A stretch of 40,835 nucleotides of DNA from contig JBGQHJ010000026.1 of the NCBI GenBank assembly GCA_041497895.1, forward strand, positions 1-40,835, read 5' to 3'. Source of the stretch: Candidatus Methylomirabilia bacterium (GTDB lineage: Bacteria; Methylomirabilota; Methylomirabilia; Rokubacteriales; CSP1-6). Positions 8,248-17,253 of this stretch are shown here, one piece after another (the first letter of the stretch is position 1; each line of letters begins with the position of its first letter). Both the position numbers and the translations under genes were made by a program. The notes beneath the pieces were generated by a model that saw nothing but the letters and a program-made list of their open reading frames with translations, had not been told where the DNA came from and did not search any database.

Positions 8248-8433
8248 CCGCGCCGCCACGCGCGGTCCTGCCGGGATTCGACGTGGCGGGGAGGCGAGTT
8301 AGCCGTCACGTCGACGGATCGCGCGCGCGGGGCGCGCGGGTCCGGCCGCCCATCGCGTGAGCACATCGGCCGGCCGCGCCTGATTTTTTCTCACCCTGGC
8401 CTAGTCCGGGGGAATCGGCTAGCATCTGCTGCC

Positions 8434-9774
8434 ATGACCAGGGACGAGCTGAAGCGCAAGGTGTTCGCGGCGATCGATCGCCGCGCCGGCGAGATCGTCG
8501 AGCTCGGGGAGCGGATCCGGAAGCAGCCCGAGATGGGCTTCAAGGAGGTGAAGACCGCGGGGCTGGTCCAGGAGGCGCTCGGCGGGCTCGGCATGACCCC
8601 ACGCTCCGGGCTCGCGATGACCGGCGTGCGCGCGGAGGCGCGCGGCCGCGGCGGCGAGGGCCCGACCTTCGCGCTCATCGGCGAGCTCGACGGGCTGCGG
8701 GTGACCGGGCACCCCGAGGCCGATCCCGCGACCGGCGCCGCCCACGCCTGTGGCCACAACGCGCAGGTGGCGGGTATGGTCGGCGCGGCCATGGGCCTGG
8801 TCGACGCGGGCGCATTCGAGCACCTGGCCGGTCGTGTGGTCTTCTTCGGGGTGCCCGCCGAGGAGGGCGGCGACATCGAGTGGCGGCAGGAGCAGATCCG
8901 GGCCGGCCGCCTCGAGTTCCCGTGCGGCAAGCAGGAGCTGATGCGCCTCGGCCACTTCGACGACGTGGACCTCGCGATGATGATCCACACCAACTGGCGG
9001 GCGGAGGACGGCAAGGCGGGCGTGCCCGCGTCGAACAACGGGCGGGTCGGCAAGACCGCGCGCTTCCTCGGGCGCGCCGCGCACGCGGGCGGCGCGCCGC
9101 ATCTGGGCGTGAACGCGCTCTACGCCGCGCAGATCGCGCTGGCCGGCATCAACGCGGTCCGAGAGACGTTCCGCGACGAGGACTCGATCCGGGTACACCC
9201 GATCCTCACCCACGGCGGCTCGCAGGTGAACGTCATTCCCGGCGAGGCCCGCCTGGAGATGTACGTGCGCGGCAAGACCGCCGAGGGCGTGGCCGACGCG
9301 AGCCGCCGGGTGGATCGCGCGCTCCGCGCCGGCGCCCTCGCGCTCGGCGCCACCGTGGAGATCGACACGCTGCCCGGGCCGATGCCGCTTCGCTGCGACC
9401 GGGCGATGGCCCGGCTCTTCGAGACGACCGCGCGCGGCCTGGTGGGCGCCGAGCACTACCGCGACATCCCCCATCGCTCCGGCTCCACGGACATGGGCGA
9501 CCTGAGCCAGGTGATGCCGGTGCTGCACCCCTACATGGGCGGGGCCCGGGGGCCGGGCCACTCCGCCGACTTCGCGATCGTCGATCCGGACCTGGGCTAC
9601 GTGCAGCCGGCCAAGGCCCTGGCCGCGATGGCGGTGGATCTGCTCGGCGACGGCGCCGCGGGAGCGCGCGAGGTGCTCGCGGGCCCGCGGCCGCCCATGA
9701 CCCGCGACGGTTACCTGGCGTTCCAGCGCGGCATCGCCCGCCGCGAGCGCTTCGACGGAGGAGACCCGACATGA
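8434..9774 (+). CDS. M20 family amidohydrolase (AbgB/ACY1L2-like)
   Basis: PEMGFKE, GELDGL, HACGHNAQ, PAEE, GRAAHAG and GSTDMGD motifs. Confidence 0.92.
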   Translation: MTRDELKRKVFAAIDRRAGEIVELGERIRKQPEMGFKEVKTAGLVQEALGGLGMTPRSGLAMTGVRAEARGRGGEGPTFALIGELDGLRVTGHPEADPATGAAHACGHNAQVAGMVGAAMGLVDAGAFEHLAGRVVFFGVPAEEGGDIEWRQEQIRAGRLEFPCGKQELMRLGHFDDVDLAMMIHTNWRAEDGKAGVPASNNGRVGKTARFLGRAAHAGGAPHLGVNALYAAQIALAGINAVRETFRDEDSIRVHPILTHGGSQVNVIPGEARLEMYVRGKTAEGVADASRRVDRALRAGALALGATVEIDTLPGPMPLRCDRAMARLFETTARGLVGAEHYRDIPHRSGSTDMGDLSQVMPVLHPYMGGARGPGHSADFAIVDPDLGYVQPAKALAAMAVDLLGDGAAGAREVLAGPRPPMTRDGYLAFQRGIARRERFDGGDPT

Positions 9775-10202
9775 GCCAGTTCTTCAAGATCCTGAGCCAC
9801 GTGAGCGTGACCGTCACCGACGTCGCCAAGGCCCGCGACTTCTACGGCGGGGTCCTCGGCTTCCAGGAGATCCCGCGTCCCGCCTTCGACTTCCCGGGCA
9901 TCTGGTACAGCCTGGGCGGCGACCTGCAGCTGCACATCATCCTCAACGACCAGCTCGTGCGGGACGCGACGGAGCGCGAGAAGATCGTGGCCCGCTACCC
10001 GCACTTCGCGCTCTGGACGGACGACGCCGACGCCACCGCGCGCCGCATCCAGGAGCGCGGCCTCGTGTGCCGCGACGTGATCTCGGGGCCCACCGGGCTG
10101 CGTCAGCTCTTCGTCAAGGACCCCGACGGCAACATGGTCGAGTTCCTGGGCCCCAGCGCCTCCGCGGGCGCGCGGCGCATGGAGCCGGTCGGGTCCCATT
10201 GA
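9771..10202 (+). CDS. VOC/glyoxalase family protein
   Basis: ATGA overlap; HVSVTVTDVAKARDFYGGVLG, PHFAL and QLFVKDPDGNMVEF. Confidence 0.9.
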   Translation: MSQFFKILSHVSVTVTDVAKARDFYGGVLGFQEIPRPAFDFPGIWYSLGGDLQLHIILNDQLVRDATEREKIVARYPHFALWTDDADATARRIQERGLVCRDVISGPTGLRQLFVKDPDGNMVEFLGPSASAGARRMEPVGSH

Positions 10203-11116
10203 AGCTCGGCGTCAACCTGATCAGCTTCGGTCCGGGGGCGAGCCCTCAGTCGCTCGCTCGCTGGGCCGCCTTCGTCGAGAACGTGGGCTACCACTTCATG
10301 ATGCTGGGTGACCACGTGGCGATCACTCCCGACGTGCAGGGGCGCTACCCGGCGCCGTTCTACGACCCGTTCACCACGCTCGGCTGGCTCGCCGGGATGA
10401 CCCGGCGGGTGGAGCTGGGTTTCACCGTGATCGTGCTGCCCTACCGCCATCCGCTCGAGACCGCCCGGATGGCCGCCAACCTGGACCGGCTGAGCGGGGG
10501 CCGGCTGATCTTCGGGGTCGGGGTCGGCTGGGCCCGGCAGGAGTTCGAGGTGCTCGGCCTGCCGTTCGAGCGGCGCGGGGCCATGACCGACGACTACCTG
10601 GGCGCGCTCAAGGCGGTATGGACGCAGGACGTGGCGAGCTACCAGGGCCGCTTCGTGTCGTTCAAGGACGTCTACACCGCGCCGCGCCCGCTGCGGAAGC
10701 CGCACCCGCCGATCTGGGTCGGCGGCGGCAGCGACGCGGCGCTCCGGCGCACGGTGCGCCACGGCGACGCCTGGCACCCGATCCGCAGCCGCGTCGCCTA
10801 CCTGCGCGACGAGGGGATGCCGAAGCTCCGCGCCATCGCGGAGAAGGAAGGGCGCCCGGTGCCCGCCCTCTGCCCGCGCATCCGGCTGCGTATCACCGAT
10901 CAGCCGATGCCCGAGGAGACGCGGCTGGCCGGCGAGGGCACGCTCGACCAGGTACGCCGGGACCTCGGCGCGCTCGAGAAGCTGGGCGCCTCCCACGTCT
11001 GCCTCGACACCTTCGCCGACGACGTCGAGGGCTCGCGCAACCACGAGGCGGCCTGGCGCATGCTGGCCGGCCTCGCCGAGCGCGCGCTCGACCTGGAGCG
11101 CGAGACCCTCCGCTAG
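10199..11116 (+). CDS. LLM-class oxidoreductase, probably F420-dependent
   Basis: TTG start overlapping the upstream TGA; GDHV, YDPFTTLGWLA, LPYRHP, LDRLSGGRLIFGVGVGW and PPIWVGG. Confidence 0.88.
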   Translation: MKLGVNLISFGPGASPQSLARWAAFVENVGYHFMMLGDHVAITPDVQGRYPAPFYDPFTTLGWLAGMTRRVELGFTVIVLPYRHPLETARMAANLDRLSGGRLIFGVGVGWARQEFEVLGLPFERRGAMTDDYLGALKAVWTQDVASYQGRFVSFKDVYTAPRPLRKPHPPIWVGGGSDAALRRTVRHGDAWHPIRSRVAYLRDEGMPKLRAIAEKEGRPVPALCPRIRLRITDQPMPEETRLAGEGTLDQVRRDLGALEKLGASHVCLDTFADDVEGSRNHEAAWRMLAGLAERALDLERETLR

Positions 11117-11125
11117 CGGGCCGCG

Positions 11126-11710
11126 ATGGACGCGATCGATTTCTGGCTGCTGCGCTACGAGACCCTGCACGGCTTCCTCGTCGACGACCTCGTCGCTCAG
11201 CTCTCCCCGGCGCAGGTGCGCGGCCGGCCGGTGCCGGGCGTGAACCCGATCGCGTGGCTGATCTGGCACGCGATGCGGATCGAGGACGCGTGCGTCAATC
11301 GCTTCGTGACCGATCGGCCGCAGGTGCTCGACAACGGCTGGCGCGAGCGGATGGCGATCCCGCGCCGCGACGTCGGGACCGGCATGAGCGACGCGCAGGT
11401 GGACGAGCTCTGCGCGCACGTCGACCTGGACGTCCTCCGTGGCTACTGCCGCGCCGTCACCCGGGCCACCCTCGAGGCGGTGCCGCTCCTGCGCTCGCTC
11501 GACCTGGAAGTCGTGGTGCCGGCCGAGCGGGTCACCCGCGTCTGCGCCGCAGAGGGCGCGGTCGATCCCGGCGCCTCGTGGCTCACCGAGTTCTGGGCGG
11601 GCGGGCGGAGCCGGGCATGGATCCTGGCCCAGACCTCGCTGCTGCACGTCTACGGCCACTACTTCGAGGGGCTCGCGACCAAGGGCCTCTGGGGCGCGCG
11701 CAGCCGGTAG
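11126..11710 (+). CDS. DinB family protein
   Basis: NPIAWLIWHAMRIED N-terminal His motif and C-terminal H...H (HVYGH). Confidence 0.8.
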   Translation: MDAIDFWLLRYETLHGFLVDDLVAQLSPAQVRGRPVPGVNPIAWLIWHAMRIEDACVNRFVTDRPQVLDNGWRERMAIPRRDVGTGMSDAQVDELCAHVDLDVLRGYCRAVTRATLEAVPLLRSLDLEVVVPAERVTRVCAAEGAVDPGASWLTEFWAGGRSRAWILAQTSLLHVYGHYFEGLATKGLWGARSR

Positions 11711-11724
11711 GCCGCTCGAAAAGC

Positions 11725-12732
11725 CTACAACCGGGCCATCACCTGCTCGGCGAAGAGGCGCAGGACCTGCTCCCGCTCCACGAAGTCCTGTCCCGGCACC
11801 TGCGGGAGCAGGATGATCCGCCCGACGCCCCCGACCCTCGCGATCCCGTCCACCTGCTCGCGCACCTCCTCGGGCCGGCCCGCCAGCGCCATCAGGTCCA
11901 CGAAGCGATCGGTCACCAGTAGCCGGTGCTTCGAGGCGGCGGTCGCGTGCTGGTAGGAGTCGTAGGCCGCGCGGACCTGGTCGATCACCGCCTGGTCCTC
12001 CGGGCTCCAGGCGACCGGGAAGGCGTGGCGCAGCGCGGAGGCCACGCGCCCGCGCACGTGATCCCGCGCGAGCGCGCGGTCGGGCGCGATGGAGGTCGGG
12101 GCCCAGATCGCCACGTCCAGGTCTTCCGGGGCGCGCCCGGCCGCGCGCGCGCCGCCCCGCACGCAGCCGAGCGCGGCCTCGACCAGCCACGGGGCGACCC
12201 CCGAGTACATGATGGCGCCGTCGCCCAGCCGGCCCGCCGCATCCAGCATGCGCGGCCCGGAGCCGGCCAGGTAGAGGGGGATCGCCGGCGCGCGCGCGAG
12301 CCAGGCCAGGCGTGCGTCGGTGCCGTTGTCGAGCCGGATCGACTCACGGCCGAGGAGGCGGCGCAGCGCACCCGCCATGGACTCGAGCGTGGCGATGCGC
12401 GCCACCTTTCCGACCGAGAGCCCCATGGTCTCGGCCGCGCTCCCGCCGGTGCCGATGCCGAGCACCACGCGGCCTTCCGCCAGCTCGTGGAGCGTCGCGA
12501 TCGCGCTCGCGGTCACCGAGACGTGGCGCGTGTGCGGCACCGCGATGCCGGGCCCGAGCCGGATGCGCGACGTCCCGGCCGCGCACGCGGCCAGGGTGAC
12601 CCAGAGCTCGCGGCAGACCAGATGGGTGTCGGCGATCCACGCGGTGTCGTAGCCGAGCGACTCCGCGAGCTGCACCTGGCGGACGATGACCGGCAGGGGC
12701 TGGCTGGCCAGGATGCCGATGTCGAACTTCAC
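11725..12732 (-). CDS. LLM-class oxidoreductase (Mer-like, flavin or F420)
   Basis: AESLGYDTAWIAD, TSRIRLGPG, GRVVLGIGTG and PLYLAGSGPRML..AG..GDG. Confidence 0.87.
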   Translation of the reverse strand: MKFDIGILASQPLPVIVRQVQLAESLGYDTAWIADTHLVCRELWVTLAACAAGTSRIRLGPGIAVPHTRHVSVTASAIATLHELAEGRVVLGIGTGGSAAETMGLSVGKVARIATLESMAGALRRLLGRESIRLDNGTDARLAWLARAPAIPLYLAGSGPRMLDAAGRLGDGAIMYSGVAPWLVEAALGCVRGGARAAGRAPEDLDVAIWAPTSIAPDRALARDHVRGRVASALRHAFPVAWSPEDQAVIDQVRAAYDSYQHATAASKHRLLVTDRFVDLMALAGRPEEVREQVDGIARVGGVGRIILLPQVPGQDFVEREQVLRLFAEQVMARL

Positions 12733-12741
12733 GCGCCCGGC

Positions 12742-13515
12742 TCAGACGTGATGGCGCAGGAAGCCCTCGATCATCGAGTTCACCTGGTCCGGAGTCTCCA
12801 TCATGTTGAAGTGGCCGGCGCCCACCGTCATCCCGTTCACCACCTTGGGCATCCACTGCGACATCAGGTGCGGCGGGTTGAGCGGGGGGTTGGCGGCCAG
12901 GTGCAGGGCGGGCACCGTGCAGCGCTTGGCCATGCCCGGCCCGTCGAAGGCCAGGATGCCCTTCATCGCGGCGGCCGCGACCGGCGCGGGGGCCGCCATC
13001 ATGGTCTTGATGACCGAGTCGACCAGCTTCTTGTCTGACGTGGGCAGGAAGAGCGCGTTGGCGATGAACTGGCGCCGGGGCTCCTGGTTACCCGCCTCGA
13101 TCGCGGTCACCACGTCGCTCACCGGGCCCCGGAGCTCGGGGGGGAAGACGAACGGCGCGGGATCCACCATCACGATCGCCGCGACCTTGTCGGGATGCCG
13201 CGCGCCCAGCTCGAGCACCGTGATGCCGCCCATGCTGTGGCCGACCGCGACCACCTTGCCGAGCTTCAGGGTGTCGATCACGTGCGCGAGGTCGTCCACG
13301 TAGGCCGAGATCGGGTACGCTCCCGCGGGCTTGTCGCTCTCCCCGTGCCCGCGCAGGTCCACCGAGACCGTCCGGTGACGCTTCGCGAAATGGTCGGCCT
13401 GCGCCTTGAAGAACGAGCGGTCGCAGGTCCAGCCGTGGATGAAGAGGAAGGCGGGACTGCCGGAGCCCTTCTCCTCGTACGCCAGCTTCACGCCTTTGTG
13501 CTCGATGGTCGGCAT
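12742..13515 (-). CDS. Alpha/beta fold hydrolase
   Basis: AGGAGG RBS; IHGW, DLRGHGES, nucleophile elbow GHSMGG, catalytic His in GAGHF. Confidence 0.93.
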   Translation of the reverse strand: MPTIEHKGVKLAYEEKGSGSPAFLFIHGWTCDRSFFKAQADHFAKRHRTVSVDLRGHGESDKPAGAYPISAYVDDLAHVIDTLKLGKVVAVGHSMGGITVLELGARHPDKVAAIVMVDPAPFVFPPELRGPVSDVVTAIEAGNQEPRRQFIANALFLPTSDKKLVDSVIKTMMAAPAPVAAAAMKGILAFDGPGMAKRCTVPALHLAANPPLNPPHLMSQWMPKVVNGMTVGAGHFNMMETPDQVNSMIEGFLRHHV

Positions 13516-13562
13516 GGGAGTCTCCTCCTTGGTAGGTGCCGCGACGTTGTCGGACGAGGCCG

Positions 13563-13591
13563 AGAATCAGCCCGAAGGCGATCCCCGTCAA
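13563..13591 (-). promoter_or_regulatory. Sigma70-type promoter TTGACG-N17-GATTCT for the hydrolase-LLM pair
   Basis: Near-consensus -35 with a 17 bp spacer. Confidence 0.5.
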
Positions 13592-13610
13592 GGGGTATCC
13601 TCTATACGCG

Positions 13611-14927
13611 ATGGAGCGGGCGAGCGCGTTTGACGTGGCGGTCGTCGGCGGGGGCCCCGGCGGCTCCAGTGCGGCCACCGCGCTCGCGCGGCGCGGGCGG
13701 AGCGTGCTGCTGCTGGAGCGCGACCGCTTCCCGCGCTTCCACATCGGCGAGTCGCAGCTGCCCTGGATCAACGGGGTGCTGGAGGCCCTCGGGGCCGACG
13801 GCACGGTGGCCAAGGCCGGCTTCATCGAGAAGTGGGGCGCGAGCTTCTGGGAGATCGACGGCGCGCCCGCCGCCTACGTCGACTTCACCGCCGCGGTGGA
13901 GACCCCGGTCCCGCAGACCTACCAGGTGCCGCGCGCCGCCTTCGACGAGGTGCTGCTGCGCCACGCCGAGCGCTCGGGGGTGCTCGTGCGCGAAGAGCAC
14001 CGCGCGCTCGACGCGGCCTTCGATCCCGACGGCGTCACCCTGCGCTTCACCGGGCCCGACGGCCCGGGCGAGGCCCGCGTGCAGGCGGTGGTCGACGCTT
14101 CCGGTCGCACCGGCCTGCTGGCCCGCCGGATCGGCGGCTACGAGACCGACGTCATGCTGCAGCACGTCGCGGTGCACGCCCAGTACGAAGGCATCCCGAG
14201 GGCCTCGGGCCGCCCGGCGGGCGACATCCGCGTGCTCACGCGCCCGGACGTGGGGTGGGTCTGGCTGATCCCGATCTCCGAGCGCGTGACCAGCGTGGGA
14301 GTGGTGGTGCCCCAGGCGCTGCACCGGCGCGAGGGGCGGGCGACCGCGGAGGAAAGCCTCGAGCACTACCTGGGGCAGACGCCGGCCGCGCCCGCGCTGC
14401 TGCGCGCGGCGCAGCGCGTCTCCCCCGCGCGCTTCGACGCGGACTACTCCTACCTCGCGCGCGTGATGGCGGGGGACCGCTGGGTCGCGGTGGGCGACGC
14501 GGCCGCGTTCCTCGATCCGATCTTCTCCACCGGCGTGCTGCTGGCCATGCAGGGCGGGCTCGAGGCGGCGGAGGCGATCGACGCCGGGCTCCGGGCGGGC
14601 GATCTCTCCGCGCGGCGCTTCGAGGGCTACGAGCGGGTGGTGCGGCGGCGCTACCACTACTTCCGCCGCTTCGTGGTGGGCTTCTACGATCCCTACTTCC
14701 GCCGGCTGCTGTTCCGGCGCTCGCGCCGGCTCGGCATCTACGAGGCGGTGCTCTCCGCGCTCGCCGGCAACTGGCGCCCGACCCTCGCCACCCGGCTGCG
14801 CATCCAGCTCTTCTTCGCGATCGTGGCGGTGAAGCGCTTCTTCCGCGCGGCCCCGCCGGGCGACGCGGCCTGGCGGCGCCCCGCCGCCGACCTCACGTCC
14901 GAGGGGGTATCGCCGCCTCGTCGATGA
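13611..14927 (+). CDS. Flavin-dependent halogenase-like FAD oxidoreductase (PltA/CndH-type)
   Basis: GGGPGG FAD motif; FPRFHIGES; GFIEKWGA (candidate catalytic Lys); WVWLIP (WxWxIP); GDAAAFLDPIFSTGV. Confidence 0.82.
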   Translation: MERASAFDVAVVGGGPGGSSAATALARRGRSVLLLERDRFPRFHIGESQLPWINGVLEALGADGTVAKAGFIEKWGASFWEIDGAPAAYVDFTAAVETPVPQTYQVPRAAFDEVLLRHAERSGVLVREEHRALDAAFDPDGVTLRFTGPDGPGEARVQAVVDASGRTGLLARRIGGYETDVMLQHVAVHAQYEGIPRASGRPAGDIRVLTRPDVGWVWLIPISERVTSVGVVVPQALHRREGRATAEESLEHYLGQTPAAPALLRAAQRVSPARFDADYSYLARVMAGDRWVAVGDAAAFLDPIFSTGVLLAMQGGLEAAEAIDAGLRAGDLSARRFEGYERVVRRRYHYFRRFVVGFYDPYFRRLLFRRSRRLGIYEAVLSALAGNWRPTLATRLRIQLFFAIVAVKRFFRAAPPGDAAWRRPAADLTSEGVSPPRR

Positions 14928-15798
14928 CCGGGAAGTAGCGGCGCGCCGCGTCCGACTGGTTCTCGTAGATCGAGCCCTGGTGGAGCGCCGGGGGCAGGGG
15001 CATGCGCACCGGCGCCGGCACCAGGCGCGGCTCGACGCTGGGCTCGCCGGTGATCAGCCGGGCGTCGAAGTCGGCCAGGCTGGACACCCCCATGAGCGGC
15101 CAGGCGTCGGCGGCGCCGAACTCGTAGAGCAGCAGCGTGCGCGGCAGGCTCGAGACGTTCTGGGCCGAGCCGTGCACGAGGCGCACGTGGTGGAAGCTCA
15201 TGGAACCGGCGTGCGCGGTGAGCGGCACCGCTCGCGCGATCTCGTCGCGGATCGCGGCCGGATCGATGGCCCCGCAGAAGTAGCGTCCCGCGTGATGATC
15301 GCCCGTGTGGTGGTCAAATGTCGGCCCGCGATGGGTGCCCGGCACCACCAGGAGCGGGCCGTTGTCGCTGGTGCAGTCGTCGAGCATGACCCCGACCGCG
15401 AGCAGGTCGTCGTTGGTGTGCGGGTAGAACGCCCAGTCCTGGTGCCACTCCACCGGCGAGCCGTAGCGCGGCGACTTGAGGTTGATCTTGGAGCCGTGCA
15501 GGCGGACCGCGCCACCGAGGAGCGACGTCAGGATCGCCACCAGCCGCGGATGGCGGATCAGGCGGTCGAACACCGGGAAGAACCGATGGGGCGTCTTCAC
15601 CCGGCGCACCCGCGGATCGTCGGGGCGATGGCCCGGCTCGAGGTCGTAGACGTCGGTGTGCGCGGTCACCGCGCGCGCGCCGTCGAGGATGCGCGCGAGC
15701 TTGCGGCGCACCGAGTCGAGGGTGGCGGCGTCGAGCACGTCGGGGACCATCAGGTAACCCTGCTCGCGATAGAAGGCGACGTCGGAGGGAGAGAGCAT
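14893..15798 (-). CDS. Phytanoyl-CoA dioxygenase (PhyH) family Fe(II)/2OG dioxygenase
   Basis: FYREQGYL, WHQD facial-triad motif, NGPLLVVPGTH and HGS..N....R. Confidence 0.92.
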   Translation of the reverse strand: MLSPSDVAFYREQGYLMVPDVLDAATLDSVRRKLARILDGARAVTAHTDVYDLEPGHRPDDPRVRRVKTPHRFFPVFDRLIRHPRLVAILTSLLGGAVRLHGSKINLKSPRYGSPVEWHQDWAFYPHTNDDLLAVGVMLDDCTSDNGPLLVVPGTHRGPTFDHHTGDHHAGRYFCGAIDPAAIRDEIARAVPLTAHAGSMSFHHVRLVHGSAQNVSSLPRTLLLYEFGAADAWPLMGVSSLADFDARLITGEPSVEPRLVPAPVRMPLPPALHQGSIYENQSDAARRYFPVIDEAAIPPRT

Positions 15799-15828
15799 GA
15801 AAAAAGGGTAGCACGGAACACGCGATGC

Positions 15829-15857
15829 TTGACAGGGCGCCGCCGGTGACCGACAGT
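15829..15857 (+). promoter_or_regulatory. Sigma70-type promoter TTGACA-N17-GACAGT for the ABC operon
   Basis: Perfect -35, 17 bp spacer, about 40 nt upstream of ATG 15900. Confidence 0.55.
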
Positions 15858-15899
15858 CGGAGCGCGTCGGGGTCAAAGACGATCCAAGGGGGACACGCC

Positions 15900-17252
15900 A
15901 TGCTCGATTCGCGCATCAGCCGCCGCTCACTTCTCGCCGGGGCCGTCGGGACGTCCGCCCTGCTGACCCTGCCGCGACCCGCCGCGCCCGCGGTGAAGAA
16001 GGGCACCAGCCTGAAGCTCTGGATCCTCAAGACCTACGTGGAGCCGACCAACAAGGCGATCGAGGCGAGCGCCCAGCGCTGGGCCCAGAAGAACGGCGCG
16101 AGCGTCACCGTCGAGTACTTCACGTTCGAGGACATGCAGACCAAGTACGTGGCCGCCATCGAGAGCAACAGCACCCCCGACATCGGCCAGCTCGAGACCA
16201 GCGCGCCGGCGCGCTTCGCGGGTATGGGCCAGCTCATCGACCTCACGACCTTCGCCCGCCAGATCGAGGGGCAGGTGGGCAAGGCGCCCGCCAGCGTGGC
16301 CGCGGTCACCATGGTGGGCGACAAGGTGTACTCGCTGCCGTGGTACGTGATGGGCGGCTTCTGGTACGTGTGGCGCGACGTGTTCGAGAAGGCCAAGCTC
16401 AAGATGCCGTCCACGTTCGAGGAGGCCAAGCACGCCGCCGCCGCGCTCAACCGGCCCAAGGACAACTTCTACGGGATGGGCCAGAGCTGGAACCGCACCT
16501 CCGACGGCTACGGGGTGATGCAGAGCCTGATGTACTCCTACGGAGTGGGCTGGACCGGCAAGGACGGCAAGTACAAGTCGATCAAGACGCCGGCCATGCA
16601 GAACGTGATGAAGTGGGCGACCGACATCTACAAGGAAGGGATCCAGCCCGCCGACACGCTGACCTGGACCGGCTCGGGCAACAACGAGAACTTCATCGCC
16701 AAGAACATCGCCCAGACCTCCAACGGCCCGAGCATCACCTTCGCGCTCGAGAACGCGCTCGCCAAGGCCACCGAGGCCAAGGACCGGAAGGCGAAGGAGG
16801 AGGCGCTCGCCAACCACGTGGCGCTGCCGCACCCGGCCGGGCCGGACGGGCGTCGCATGTGGGCCATCGCGATGAGCTTCGGGATCTTCAAGACCAGCAA
16901 GGACCCGGAGGCGGCCATGAGCCTGATCGCGCACCTGCTATCACCGGAGGAGACGGTGGCGGTCATGAAGGACTCCTACGGGCAGTTCGGCCCGGTGCTA
17001 GACAAGGCCCGCGCGGCCTCGAAGGACTACTTCAACAAGAACGACAACTACCGTACGTTCGGCCGCGCCGCCGAGTGGTTCGCGCCCACCGGGTGGCCCG
17101 GCCCCACCACCGCGGCGGCCGCCGAGGTGCAGGCGAGCAACGTGCTCACCGACGCGCCGGCCAAGGTCATCGTGGACAAGTGGTCGGTCGACCAGGCCAT
17201 CGAGTGGGAGGACAAGAAGATCAAGGAAATCTACGACACCCTGCGCGGGTGA
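15900..17252 (+). CDS. Tat-exported ABC substrate-binding protein (carbohydrate-type family 1)
   Basis: Twin-arginine signal SRRSLL; PDI...YSLPWY and NNENFI family features; followed by two permeases. Confidence 0.88.
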   Translation: MLDSRISRRSLLAGAVGTSALLTLPRPAAPAVKKGTSLKLWILKTYVEPTNKAIEASAQRWAQKNGASVTVEYFTFEDMQTKYVAAIESNSTPDIGQLETSAPARFAGMGQLIDLTTFARQIEGQVGKAPASVAAVTMVGDKVYSLPWYVMGGFWYVWRDVFEKAKLKMPSTFEEAKHAAAALNRPKDNFYGMGQSWNRTSDGYGVMQSLMYSYGVGWTGKDGKYKSIKTPAMQNVMKWATDIYKEGIQPADTLTWTGSGNNENFIAKNIAQTSNGPSITFALENALAKATEAKDRKAKEEALANHVALPHPAGPDGRRMWAIAMSFGIFKTSKDPEAAMSLIAHLLSPEETVAVMKDSYGQFGPVLDKARAASKDYFNKNDNYRTFGRAAEWFAPTGWPGPTTAAAAEVQASNVLTDAPAKVIVDKWSVDQAIEWEDKKIKEIYDTLRG

Positions 17253-17253
17253 C

